Assembly: GCA_963740175.1 (NCBI GenBank)
Contig: CAVUDL010000012.1
Location: 26,434-90,433, forward strand
Length of the DNA stretch: 64,000 nt
Origin: an uncultured Gemmatimonadales bacterium
Lineage (GTDB): Bacteria; Gemmatimonadota; Gemmatimonadetes; Gemmatimonadales; GWC2-71-9
Reading direction: 5' to 3'
In this document: positions 1 through 9,599 of the stretch, piece by piece
Layout of the letters: every line of letters starts with the position of its first letter
Position numbering within the stretch: the stretch's first letter is position 1
Notes under the pieces: model-generated
Database searches by the model: none
The model's input: only the letters and a program-made list of their open reading frames with translations
Told to the model about the DNA's origin: nothing
Translations under genes and position numbers: made by a program

Positions 1-1077
1 CTGACTTTCCACGAGGGTGAGGACGTCGACATCCCGAACTGCCGGATCCATCGCATCGCGCGGCCTTTCTGGGTCGACAACATCCGACCCGGGTTTTCGA
101 TGAAGAAGGTCATCTGCGACGTATTCATGTTCGCCAAATGTTTGCGCATGATGCGAAGCCAGCGGTACGACCTGATCCATGCCGTGGAGGAGTCTGCCTT
201 TATCGCGGCAGTCATGCGGCGTCTGAGCGGCATCCCGTATGTGTATGACATGGACTCTTCCCTGGCCGAGCAGCTGGTCGACGCCTATCCCGGCCTCCAG
301 TTCGCCTTTTCCACGCTCCGGCGCTTCGAGGCCCTGGCAGTGCGCCAGAGCCTGGGAGTCCTGACCGTGTGCGCCGCGCTCGAAGATGTAGCCCATGGAC
401 ACGCCCCGGGAAAACCGGTGGGAAGGGTCGAAGACACCACGCTTCTGGCGCCCGGAAGTCACTCCAATGGCCAGGGCGCCGACCCACTGGTGAGCCTCGG
501 GGTCGGCGCGGATGACCCGGTCGCCATGTACGTCGGAAACCTGGAGCACTATCAGGGGATCGGGCTGCTACTGGATGGATTCCGGCATACCCTGGCCCGC
601 CTGCCTGGCGCACATCTCGTAATCGTGGGCGGCTTACCCCAGGATGTTGAGCGCTACCGCAGGCGAGCCCAGCAGCTTGACATCAACTCTCAGGTACACT
701 TCCTGGGACCGCGCCCGATCACCGCGCTCAACGCGCTCTTGAGACGGGCCGATGTGCTGGTGTCTCCGCGGCTGAAGGGCCTCAATACACCGATGAAGAT
801 CTACTCCTACCTCGATTCCGGCACCGCGGTTTTGGCGACCAGACTGCGAACCCATACGCAGGTGCTTGACGACCGCATGGCCTACCTCGTCGCACCTGAT
901 CCAGAGGCATTCGGGGCCGGCCTGGCCCATCTTCTGGGCGACCCGGGACTGCGGTCCAGGCTGGCGACTCACGCCAAGGCCTACGTGCAGCAGGAGTTCA
1001 CTCCGGAGGCAGCGCATCGGAAGCTGAGCTCGTTCTACACCATGATCGAATCAAAGGCGTCCGGGGCCAAAGCGTGA
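1..1077 (+). CDS. Glycosyltransferase family 4 (GT-B fold); 5' end lies outside the window
   Basis: ORF 100..1077 stays open in the same frame back to base 1 (LTFHEGEDVDIPNCRIHRIARPFW...). The C-terminal GT1/GT4 region reads VSPRLKGLNTPMKIYSYLDSGTAVLAT. Its stop overlaps the next start (GTGA at 1074). Confidence 0.75.
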   Translation: MTFHEGEDVDIPNCRIHRIARPFWVDNIRPGFSMKKVICDVFMFAKCLRMMRSQRYDLIHAVEESAFIAAVMRRLSGIPYVYDMDSSLAEQLVDAYPGLQFAFSTLRRFEALAVRQSLGVLTVCAALEDVAHGHAPGKPVGRVEDTTLLAPGSHSNGQGADPLVSLGVGADDPVAMYVGNLEHYQGIGLLLDGFRHTLARLPGAHLVIVGGLPQDVERYRRRAQQLDINSQVHFLGPRPITALNALLRRADVLVSPRLKGLNTPMKIYSYLDSGTAVLATRLRTHTQVLDDRMAYLVAPDPEAFGAGLAHLLGDPGLRSRLATHAKAYVQQEFTPEAAHRKLSSFYTMIESKASGAKA

Positions 1078-2294
1078 GGAGTCTGTGGTACTCGCCCACG
1101 CTCCGGAGCGCGGTGATATACGGGGCGTCGGGATTGGGCTTTGCCGGAGCCAATCTGATCCTCGCCCGGGTACTTCCCACGCCGGAGTACGCGGTCTTTA
1201 CTCTGGTGATCGCTATCGTGAACCTCAGCTTTGCCCTGGCTCCCATCGGGGTGGACGGCATCGTCCAGCGGCGCCATCTCGACGCTGGCCCAATTCTGCT
1301 CAAACGAACCCTTGCTGCCGGAATCGTTACCGCGATGGCTTCGGTGGCGGTCGCAGCTCTGGCTTACCATCTGAACGGCCTCCTCCTCGTGCTCGTGTTC
1401 GCCGCCACCGTTGGAGGCGGAGCCATGGCGGTTGCCGGGGCCCAGTTTCAGAGCGAACAGCGGTACGGAATCTCCCTGACCCTGACCCAGAGTCCGAATC
1501 TGGTGTTGATCGTGGCGGCACTCGCGGTGATTCTCACCGGCACCCGGGAGGCGCGCCTGCCCCTGATCATCTCAGCGGTCGGGTTCGTGCTCTCCGGAGT
1601 CGTCGGGTGGTGGATCCTGTTTCGTGAACGTCCGTCCAAGCCGCACCACGGCACCTGGTTTCCCTGGGGAGAGGCACTGGCCTTCGCCGGCCTGAATGCG
1701 GCCGGGCTCCTACTGGTACAGCTCGATCGTCTCATCATACCGCACGTCCTGCCGCTTCACGATCTCGCCACTTTCGGTGTGTTGGCCGCGATCGTGGGCT
1801 CGCTGTTTCGGGTGCTGTCAATGGGCGTGGGCTACACTCTGGTGCCACGCTTGCGAGCCGCGGCCAGCATCCTGGAGCGGCGCCGGCTGATTGCTCACGA
1901 AGCGAAGCTTGTGAGCGCTGTCATTGTCGCGGGCTCTGTGGCCATCTGGTTTCTCACGCCGCTGATCGAACAAGCGTTTCTTGACGGCAAGTACCACCTG
2001 GGGGGAGCGCTGGTGGTCGCGACCATTTTCAGCGGGATCGCCAAGATCATGAATTCGTTCACTAAGGCGACGGTTACCGCCCTGGCCACGGGAACGGAAG
2101 TGTCGATCGTGAACCTGTTGGGTTGGGTCTCGGTGGGTGTGGCGGTTGCCGCTGCCGTTTTCGGGGCTCGGTGGGGGCTCGCGGGCGTCATCTATGGTGT
2201 CGGTTTCGGGTGGTTGGTGCGTGCCCTTACCGCATCCTATCTCACGCTTCGACACTTGAAGTTGCACGTCACCATTCCGGTCACGGCACCGTGA
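1074..2294 (+). CDS. Wzx/PST-type polysaccharide flippase-like polytopic membrane protein
   Basis: 406 aa and almost entirely hydrophobic helices (more than 10 predicted by eye), with the typical central LDRLIIP-type segment. GTG start overlaps the upstream stop; its own stop overlaps the next GTG (GTGA at 2291). Confidence 0.6.
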   Translation: MRSLWYSPTLRSAVIYGASGLGFAGANLILARVLPTPEYAVFTLVIAIVNLSFALAPIGVDGIVQRRHLDAGPILLKRTLAAGIVTAMASVAVAALAYHLNGLLLVLVFAATVGGGAMAVAGAQFQSEQRYGISLTLTQSPNLVLIVAALAVILTGTREARLPLIISAVGFVLSGVVGWWILFRERPSKPHHGTWFPWGEALAFAGLNAAGLLLVQLDRLIIPHVLPLHDLATFGVLAAIVGSLFRVLSMGVGYTLVPRLRAAASILERRRLIAHEAKLVSAVIVAGSVAIWFLTPLIEQAFLDGKYHLGGALVVATIFSGIAKIMNSFTKATVTALATGTEVSIVNLLGWVSVGVAVAAAVFGARWGLAGVIYGVGFGWLVRALTASYLTLRHLKLHVTIPVTAP

Positions 2295-3172
2295 GCGCAT
2301 CGCCCGCAGGGTCCGCAGGAACTGCGTGGGCCCTGGCCCTCTTCAACCGCTCGGTGCTGAAGCAGGCCAAGTTCAGGCAAATCGTGGCTCGCCTGGATGA
2401 CACCACTGGCAAGCGGGCGCTCGATATCGGGGCCGACAATGGTGTAATCAGCTATCTGCTCCGGCAGCGAGGCGGGCACTGGCACAGTGCCGATCTCGAC
2501 GAGACAGCGGTGTCATCTATCCGGCAGCTGGTGCAGACGGATGTCCACCAGCTGGACGGAGGCTCCACGCCGTTCGAGACCGGGGCTTTCGATCTGGTGG
2601 TGATCGTTGACTTTCTCGAACATATCCCGGACGATGGCGGTTTCGCGCGAGAGTTGGCCCGCATCATCAAGCCGGGCGGGCAGCTGGTCGTTAACGTGCC
2701 CCAGGACAGACCCGGTTCCTTCATCACCCGTCTCCGCAACGGCATCGGCTTGACGGACGAGTGGCACGGCCACCTGAGACCGGGTTACAGCGTTGACGGC
2801 CTGGCTGCGCTGCTGGGACCTTCATTCCGTATTGAAGAGGCACTGAGCTATTCTCGGGCCTTTTCCGAGCTGATCGACACCGGATTGAACGGACTGTACC
2901 TGAAGATGCAGCGGCGGCAAGGAGTTAGTAGCTCGACTGCCAAGGGTCCCGTGGTGACTGGTAGCGACCTCCGTAAGCACCGGAAACAGTTCCTGCTCCT
3001 CTCCGCGCTTTACCCGCTCCTCTGGGCCGTCGCAAAGCTCGACCACCTGCTGTGGTTTACCCCCGGATACAAGCTGATTGTCTCCGCCCGTCGCGCGCCG
3101 GTCCCTTCCGCGCCGGCGGCCAGTGATTTGATTGTGACCAACAGCACGGCCGGGGAACCGGTAGGTCGCTAA
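2291..3172 (+). CDS. Class I SAM-dependent methyltransferase
   Basis: Motif I ALDIGADNGVISY, post-I HSADLD and IIKPGGQLVV. The in-frame GTG at 2291 is chosen because the upstream part of ORF 2123..3172 overlaps the flippase and reads as out-of-frame junk. Confidence 0.8.
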   Translation: MSASPAGSAGTAWALALFNRSVLKQAKFRQIVARLDDTTGKRALDIGADNGVISYLLRQRGGHWHSADLDETAVSSIRQLVQTDVHQLDGGSTPFETGAFDLVVIVDFLEHIPDDGGFARELARIIKPGGQLVVNVPQDRPGSFITRLRNGIGLTDEWHGHLRPGYSVDGLAALLGPSFRIEEALSYSRAFSELIDTGLNGLYLKMQRRQGVSSSTAKGPVVTGSDLRKHRKQFLLLSALYPLLWAVAKLDHLLWFTPGYKLIVSARRAPVPSAPAASDLIVTNSTAGEPVGR

Positions 3173-3184
3173 GTAGCAGGTCTG

Positions 3185-4237
3185 GTGGACCCCGACGCCG
3201 ACGCCTTGACCAGACACTCTCCTGATCGGACTCTGATGCCGTTGTCCGCACTTTCGCATGTACTGGTCACCGGAGCCGCTGGCTTCGCCGGGCTCTCACT
3301 GGCGTTGGGCCTGGCCGCAGCCGGATACCGGGTCCGCGGTCTGGTTCGCAGCCGGGAGAAGGCTGTGACTTTGCAGCAGCAGGGGATTGATACGATCATC
3401 GGGGACATTCGCGACCCCGAAGTCCTCCGGCAGGCGGTGACTGGCGTGGACACGGTCTATCACCTGGCCGCCGTATTCCGCCGCGCCGGCGTGCGGGATT
3501 CGGAGTACCGGGAAGTGCACGTAGATGCCAGCCGGCACCTGGTGGAGATCAGTGCGGCAGCCGAGGTACGTCGGATTGTGCATTGCAGCACCGTGGGCGT
3601 TCATGGCAGTGTGTCTGAAAATGCGCCTGCCACCGAAGACGCGCCCTTTCACCCGGGCGACATCTACCAGGCCACCAAGCTCGAAGGCGAACAGGTGGCG
3701 CTGGAAACAGCCGACCGGCTGGGTGTGCCGCTCACCGTCGTCCGGCCGGGCCCGATCTATGGTCCGGGAGACAAGCGGCTCCTGAAGCTGATCGGCGGTG
3801 TGGCCAGGCGACGCTTCACCCTCCTGGGGGACGGCACACCGCGCTTCCAGATGGTGTATGTCGATGACCTCACCGAAGGGTTCCGCCTTGCGGCGGAGTC
3901 TCCTTCGGCTGTGGGTCGGATCTACATCCTGACCGGTGACGAGGCCCCCACACTGAATGAGTTGGTCCACGAAATCGCGGACATTGCCCATGTCGAGTCA
4001 CCGCGCTTTCGGCTGCCGGTGTGGCCCTTCTGGCTCGCCGGAGCCGTGTGCGAGGCCGTCTGCATTCCCTTCGGCATCGAGCCTCCGATTTATCGCCGCC
4101 GGGTGAAGTTCTTCACCAGCAACAGGTGGTTCGATACGTCTCGGGCGCGGCGGGAGCTGGGCTTCGCCCCCAAGGTCCGCCTGCACGAGGGCATCCAGCG
4201 GACCCTGGATTCCTACCGCCAGCTCGGCTGGGTTTAG
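3185..4237 (+). CDS. NAD-dependent epimerase/dehydratase (extended SDR)
   Basis: Rossmann motif VLVTGAAGFAG and catalytic YQATK (YxxxK). An alternative ATG start is at 3236. Confidence 0.85.
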   Translation: MDPDADALTRHSPDRTLMPLSALSHVLVTGAAGFAGLSLALGLAAAGYRVRGLVRSREKAVTLQQQGIDTIIGDIRDPEVLRQAVTGVDTVYHLAAVFRRAGVRDSEYREVHVDASRHLVEISAAAEVRRIVHCSTVGVHGSVSENAPATEDAPFHPGDIYQATKLEGEQVALETADRLGVPLTVVRPGPIYGPGDKRLLKLIGGVARRRFTLLGDGTPRFQMVYVDDLTEGFRLAAESPSAVGRIYILTGDEAPTLNELVHEIADIAHVESPRFRLPVWPFWLAGAVCEAVCIPFGIEPPIYRRRVKFFTSNRWFDTSRARRELGFAPKVRLHEGIQRTLDSYRQLGWV

Positions 4238-4253
4238 GAGACCGGTCCACCGC

Positions 4254-5048
4254 ATGGGCTACACTTCCGCGTACACCGAGCACTACCAGAAGCGGCAGAC
4301 CTCCGGCGATTCGTACGATCGCTCCCTGGCAAACCGTTTTGAGCTGGCCATCTTCCGGCTCGAAAGTGTGATCCTGCGAGATCTTTTTCGCCGGCTTCGC
4401 TCATCTGACCCGGATACGGCCTATCTCGATTATGCCTGCGGGACGGGTCGCATCATTGCCGTCTTCAAGGACCTAATCCGTCACAAGGTGGGGGTGGATA
4501 GTAGTGCCGGACAGCTGGCGGCGGCCCAGACAAAGGTTCCGGACGCCGAGCTCATCAACGGAAACGTGGTGGCAAACCCCGCGCTGCTGGGCGGCCGCCG
4601 GTTCAACTTTATCACCAGCTTTCGCCTGCTGCTGAACTTGGAGCCTGAGAATCGAGCTCCTATCCTGCGCGCGCTTCGGGATCTGCTCACCGCGGATGGA
4701 TACCTGATCGTGGATAATCACATGAATCGGTATTCGGCCCTGGGACTGACCGCCCTCTTTGCGCACAAGGTGCTTCGGGTGCCCAAGAAACCGCTGGTAC
4801 CACCGGGTCGGCGGGGTATTATCTCGACCATGTCAGAGTCGGAGATGCGGCGGGTGCTCGGTGAAGCCGGGCTCGAAGTGGTGGAGGTGCACCGCATTTT
4901 CGTCCTGCCGGGCCACGGACGGCTTCAGCTGCTTCCAACCCGCTGGCTCGTTCCCCTCGAAGCAGGCATCAGCCGAGTGGCGCTGCTGCGCCGGCTGTCG
5001 AAAAACCAGATCTACGTCTGCCGCAGGACCCAGCCCCCGCATCCGTGA
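4254..5048 (+). CDS. Class I SAM-dependent methyltransferase
   Basis: Motif I YLDYACGTGRI and LLTADGYLIVDN. Its stop overlaps the next GTG start (GTGA at 5045). Confidence 0.75.
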   Translation: MGYTSAYTEHYQKRQTSGDSYDRSLANRFELAIFRLESVILRDLFRRLRSSDPDTAYLDYACGTGRIIAVFKDLIRHKVGVDSSAGQLAAAQTKVPDAELINGNVVANPALLGGRRFNFITSFRLLLNLEPENRAPILRALRDLLTADGYLIVDNHMNRYSALGLTALFAHKVLRVPKKPLVPPGRRGIISTMSESEMRRVLGEAGLEVVEVHRIFVLPGHGRLQLLPTRWLVPLEAGISRVALLRRLSKNQIYVCRRTQPPHP

Positions 5049-6076
5049 GCGCCCTCCGGGTCCTCTACTGGGTTTTTAACTACATGCCGCAGTGGGAAGC
5101 CGTCTCCAAGGAGATCGCTTCGCTACGCACGGGCCTGGACGCGGGGATCGAAGGATCGCTTGTCAGCATCAACGACAAGGAATCCAGTTTCTCTCTGCGG
5201 GGCCGGGACAAGCGTATTCCCCTTCCCTACGGATTGTCGCTTTTCCCGCTCGTCAGTCCATACGCCGGACGGTTTGACGTGAATCACCTCTTCGCCTCCG
5301 CCGGTGAACGGCTCCTGACGCCGATGCTGTCGCGCCGGAACGGCGTTCTCACCATCGCAAAGGACACAGCGACGCTCCGCGGATTCGAGCGAAACCGGGA
5401 GTCGCTCAGGCGACTGAGGGCTATCGTCGTCCAGGGGGAGCGCGACGGCGAGATCCTGCGGCAGATCGGTGTGCGCAAGGAAAACATCTGGCTCATCCGC
5501 CCCGGTGTACCGGTGGCTGAGTACCGCGCGGCGCATGGCCAGTTCACGATACTGTTCGCTTCCAGTCCCCTGAACGCGTCCGACTTCCTCTCCCGCGGCA
5601 TCTATCTGATCATCGCGGCGGCCGCGACCCTGCCGCAGGTTCGCTTTCTTCTCATCTGGCGCAAGCATCACCTGGCCAAGCTCGAGCGCATCGTGGCCGA
5701 AGCCGGCGTGACCAACGTGGAGATTCAGAGCGGCGTGGTGGATGACATGGCAGCGGTGTACGACAGCGTGCATGCGGCGATTCTGCCCGGGCTCGAGCAT
5801 CGGAGCTTCATCCCCTGCCCCAGGAGTGGCCTGGAAGCCCTCGCCCATGGCAAGCCTTTGCTGCTCTCGCCCCTGATTGCCATAGCACCATCGGTCGCGC
5901 AGGCCGGGGCCGGCGTGGTGTTCGAGCCGAACGTCGCCGGGTTGAGGTCAGCCATCATGCTGCTTCAGTCGGATTACGCGGGCTACCAGGCGAACGCCCA
6001 GCGTTACATCTCCGAGAACTTCTCCCCCTCGACCCATCTCGAGCTGCACCGGCAGCTTTATCAGACCCTTCGATGA
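5045..6076 (+). CDS. Glycosyltransferase (GT-B, GT1/GT4-like C-terminal domain)
   Basis: The C-terminal half resembles a GT1 nucleotide-sugar binding domain (ILPGLEHRSFIPCPRSGLEALAHGKPLL). The N-terminus is divergent. Confidence 0.55.
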   Translation: MSALRVLYWVFNYMPQWEAVSKEIASLRTGLDAGIEGSLVSINDKESSFSLRGRDKRIPLPYGLSLFPLVSPYAGRFDVNHLFASAGERLLTPMLSRRNGVLTIAKDTATLRGFERNRESLRRLRAIVVQGERDGEILRQIGVRKENIWLIRPGVPVAEYRAAHGQFTILFASSPLNASDFLSRGIYLIIAAAATLPQVRFLLIWRKHHLAKLERIVAEAGVTNVEIQSGVVDDMAAVYDSVHAAILPGLEHRSFIPCPRSGLEALAHGKPLLLSPLIAIAPSVAQAGAGVVFEPNVAGLRSAIMLLQSDYAGYQANAQRYISENFSPSTHLELHRQLYQTLR

Positions 6077-6219
6077 TTTAGTGACATCGTGTCACGCTCT
6101 GACGGTCGCAAGTGGCAAGCCGTTCCAGCCTCTAGCGGACTCTGGATTCCTACCGCCGGCTCGGCTGAGTCTAGGATTCGGCTCCCTGATCCGAAGCAAT
6201 CCCCTGACCGGAGCGAGAG

Positions 6220-7497
6220 CTAACGTGCTCTAGAGCCGGCCTCCCGCGTGGGCCTGCCCGTTCGCACCCCACTCGCCCGCTCCAACTCAGTGAGAAGTCG
6301 CCAAGCACTCTCGTGCCAGGAGAAGTGCTGCGCCCGGGCGATGCCCCGGGCTCGGAGGTCTTCAGCTAGCCCCGGTTCGAGGAGAAGCCGCGACATCGCC
6401 GCCGTAAGACCAGGGACATCGTCGGGACCGACGATCAGCGCCGCGTCGCCTACCACCTCCGGACAGGCGGGCGCGCTTGACGTAATCACGGGACAACCGC
6501 ACGCCATCGCCTCCACCAGGGGTATACCGAAGCTCTCGTAGTACGAAGGGAAGAGGAGGGCCCCGGCCAAGCTGTATATGGCCGGCATGTCTCCATGGTC
6601 GATGAGTCCGGGAATCTTGACTGCGGCCGGATCGACAAACCCCCGGAGCACCTCGGGGGTCAAGCGGTTGCTGATCCCGGCACCGAGGATGACTAGTGCA
6701 GGGCAGTCGGGCACCGAAGCCCGGACCTCGGCGTACGCCTTCAGAGTTCCTTCAACATTTTTTCGCGGGCAGAGCGCCTGTCCGGCGTACTCGATTCGCG
6801 CGTACCCCTTGACCACCATCAGGAAAAACCGGCTAGTGGGCAGATCATACTTCTGCCGGACTCGGTCGAGGATCGTGCAGTCAGTGATCCGGACAAAACG
6901 GTCGTCTGCTGCGGCGTAGACAGTGGCCATCTTCTCCCGAGGCACCTTTGCCACAATCTCCAACTCGGCGGCCAGGCTGTCGGAATTTGTCAGGACCCGC
7001 GCTGCCCGGCGGCAGAAGAGGGGGATCGTTGCCATGTTGTACAGCCGGTTTATTCGATCACCCAGTTGAGTGTAATACTCGGGAAAGGTCCAGTACTCGG
7101 TTCCCCGCTGCTGAACTACAGTGGGACAGGGAGCCACGACCGGAATACTGAACTTGTGGTGAAACAGCACGTCCAGCTTCTCTCGTCTGGCCGCCTGTGG
7201 GAGGAGGACCTGGTCCCAAAGCAGCTTCCCACGGGCCGGGACCACCCGCTCCTGTACGTTGGCCACATGCGCGTAACGGCCGCGCTGCTGGTCTCTCATG
7301 TAGAACAGCACGTACTCATTGTACTGATCCACTTCAAAGAGGGCGTCGCAAAGCTGACGGATATAGACTCCTGCACCGTCATACTCATCGACGGCACGGA
7401 GCATGATACCGATCCGTAAGGGCCGCGATTGGTTGGTAGCAGGGTCTACCGGCAGCGCTGGCTTCGCTCGCTGAGGGAGATCGAGACTGGTCTGCAT
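6220..7497 (-). CDS. Glycosyltransferase family 4
   Basis: Classic GT4 E-x7-E region LLFPSYYESFGIPLVEAMACGCPVITS. Intact 425-aa ORF. Confidence 0.85.
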   Translation of the reverse strand: MQTSLDLPQRAKPALPVDPATNQSRPLRIGIMLRAVDEYDGAGVYIRQLCDALFEVDQYNEYVLFYMRDQQRGRYAHVANVQERVVPARGKLLWDQVLLPQAARREKLDVLFHHKFSIPVVAPCPTVVQQRGTEYWTFPEYYTQLGDRINRLYNMATIPLFCRRAARVLTNSDSLAAELEIVAKVPREKMATVYAAADDRFVRITDCTILDRVRQKYDLPTSRFFLMVVKGYARIEYAGQALCPRKNVEGTLKAYAEVRASVPDCPALVILGAGISNRLTPEVLRGFVDPAAVKIPGLIDHGDMPAIYSLAGALLFPSYYESFGIPLVEAMACGCPVITSSAPACPEVVGDAALIVGPDDVPGLTAAMSRLLLEPGLAEDLRARGIARAQHFSWHESAWRLLTELERASGVRTGRPTREAGSRAR

Positions 7498-8093
7498 GCC
7501 GCCGGTGTTCCTTTCATGCGTGGTTCCCTTGAGGAAGATCTCTGACTGCAGCTTCCAGCCGAGCGCTTCCGCCTTGGAAAGCTAATGAAGCACCGGCGAT
7601 TCCGGGTTCCGAATCGGCGGCACCTCGGCCCTCAAGCGCCTAGGATCTTGCGGAGACCCGATAACTTGCCTGTTACCCTGCTCTAGGACATTGACCTGAG
7701 TCACACCCGATGGCTAGCCGAATGACTGAGATCGGCTTGCCGATTCCGTCCGGTCCGGCTAGCATCGTCAAGCACGGCATAACTCGTTGCCCGCCGCTCC
7801 GTTCCACAGTTAGCCTCGACCGGGGAGCCACGCCGCCCCGCGGCGGGAGAGGGTATGAATTATCGCCTCGTCCTGATAGTTCACGGCCCTGGCATCGCCG
7901 CGCAGCTGGCCTCTCGGCTGCCGATCCGACCGCCTACCGCCGGGCCTACGAAGCCTTTCCGCTATTTCATCCTCGGCTGGGAGACCTACCGCCTGCTGGA
8001 AGGGGCTGGCGCCGTGTACCCGAGGCGCAGACGCAGTGACCGGGTCCGTCGGTCGCGCCAGAGGTTCCAGCCAAGCAGCTCCACTCATCCAGC

Positions 8094-9599
8094 ATGGACG
8101 CGATGGCTGACCCCCGGTCGCCGGGCCTCCGCTGGTCGAGGGTTCCGGGCGGTGCCTTCGGGCGCAGCGTCGTGACGCTGGCATCGGGAACTGCGATCGC
8201 GCAGCTCCTGCTAGTGCTCGCCGCGCCGGTGCTCACTCGCCTCTACACCCCAGCGGACTTCGGCGCGCTCGCGGTCTACTCCTCGACGCTCACCGTGCTC
8301 CTGGTGGTCGCGTCGCTGCGCTACGAGTTGGCGATCCCGCTCCCGGAGAACGACGAGCCCGCCGCCTCGCTGCTGGCGCTGGCTTTCGTGCTCCTAGCAG
8401 CGATGGCCGCGCTCGTCTCACTGCTGGTGTGGCTCGCCGGCGATGCGTACGTTGCGGCGGTGAACGTTCCGGCGCTCCTGCCATACCGATGGCTGATCCC
8501 GGTTGGCTTCGTCGGCGCGGCGACGTACCAGGCGCTGTCGTATTGGGCGATCCGGCGCCGCCAGTTTGGCCGAGTGGCGCGCACCAAGCTCAGCCAGGGG
8601 GTCGGGCAGGTGGTTGCTCAGGTCGGGTTAGGTGTTGTGGGGGCCGGGGCTCCGGGGCTGGTCATCGGCGACGTGATCGGGCGGGTGGCCGGTAGTGGCG
8701 GGCTCGCGCTCCTGGCGCTGCGCGAGCGCCGGCACGCGCGGGTAACGGTGGCGAGTCTCCTTGCGGTCGCCAGTCGGTACCGGCGCTTCCCGTTGCTCAC
8801 CACCTGGTCGGGACTCCTCAACGTTGGAAGCCTGCAGCTACCCTCGATCCTCTTCTCGGCCGGGTTCGGCGCCGCGGCGGCCGGCCTCTACGCGCTCAGC
8901 TTTAAGATGCTGGTGCTGCCGACGATGCTTGTCGCGCAAGCAGTCGGCCAGGTGTTCCTCTCGCGAGCGGCTACGTTCGTCCGCGAGCCAGAGCGGCTGC
9001 GCCAGCTCACCGAGCGAACCGCGCTCACGCTCTTTGCGTGCGGGCTCCCGATGTTCGGCGCGGTGGCGCTCGGCGGGCCGCAGCTCTTCGCGACGGTTAT
9101 GGGAGAGGCGTGGGAGCCGGCCGGACGCTACGCTCAGCTCCTGGCCCCCTGGTTCGCGTTCTGGCTCGTGAGCAGTCCACTCAGCGGGCTGCTCAGTGTC
9201 CGCGAGTGGCAGGCATCGGCGCTGGCTTTCAGCGCGTTCGAGTTCGCGCTGAGGCTCGGCGCGCTCCTCATCGGGGTGCGTCACGGCTCCCCGATGCTCG
9301 CCGTCATGCTGCTTTCGGCCGGCGGGATCGTCATCTCAGTCACCTCGATCGCACGCTTCATGGTCGCGGGGCACAGCTCAATCAGCCGGGTGCTCGACCC
9401 CGCCGCGCGACTTCTCGCACTGGCCACGGCGTGCCTCCTTCCTGCCGCTATCGCGCTCCAGACCGGCAGCGAACGCGTGGCGATCGTCGCCGGAGTGCTG
9501 GCGATCGGGGTGTACTACATCGTCGTCCTCCGCTCGGCCGCAGCGTCGCGCATCCTGCACCTGGGCGTCGCCGCGCCCACCGCCGGCGCTTCGTCATGA
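8094..9599 (+). CDS. Wzx/PST-type oligosaccharide flippase family protein
   Basis: 501 aa, about 12-14 hydrophobic helices, flippase-like N-terminus (SVVTLASGTAIAQLLLVLAAPVLTRLYTPADFG). Its stop overlaps the next ATG (ATGA at 9596). Confidence 0.65.
   Translation: MDAMADPRSPGLRWSRVPGGAFGRSVVTLASGTAIAQLLLVLAAPVLTRLYTPADFGALAVYSSTLTVLLVVASLRYELAIPLPENDEPAASLLALAFVLLAAMAALVSLLVWLAGDAYVAAVNVPALLPYRWLIPVGFVGAATYQALSYWAIRRRQFGRVARTKLSQGVGQVVAQVGLGVVGAGAPGLVIGDVIGRVAGSGGLALLALRERRHARVTVASLLAVASRYRRFPLLTTWSGLLNVGSLQLPSILFSAGFGAAAAGLYALSFKMLVLPTMLVAQAVGQVFLSRAATFVREPERLRQLTERTALTLFACGLPMFGAVALGGPQLFATVMGEAWEPAGRYAQLLAPWFAFWLVSSPLSGLLSVREWQASALAFSAFEFALRLGALLIGVRHGSPMLAVMLLSAGGIVISVTSIARFMVAGHSSISRVLDPAARLLALATACLLPAAIALQTGSERVAIVAGVLAIGVYYIVVLRSAAASRILHLGVAAPTAGASS

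Noticed and set aside
6083-6097. Hairpin GTGACA-tcg-TGTCAC just after the GT stop at 6076.
   Set aside because: Only a 6-bp stem with a 3-nt loop and no U-tract, which is too weak to call a terminator.
7498-8093. A 600-nt divergent intergenic region with small ORFs 7710..8039 and 7855..8175 (MNYRLVLIVHGPGIAAQLASRL...).
   Set aside because: There are no motifs, the ORFs overlap each other, and the translations become Arg-rich quickly. This is probably a promoter region for the divergent GT and flippase genes. A gene remnant cannot be excluded.
9038-9595. 5' extensions of ORFs 9038..10855, 2123..3172, 42631..43995, 44808..45893, 45820..47034 and 47356..48762.
   Set aside because: The extensions overlap the preceding well-supported gene and read as out-of-frame sequence. 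Internal starts with ATGA/GTGA junctions, or starts just after the upstream stop, give canonical N-termini.
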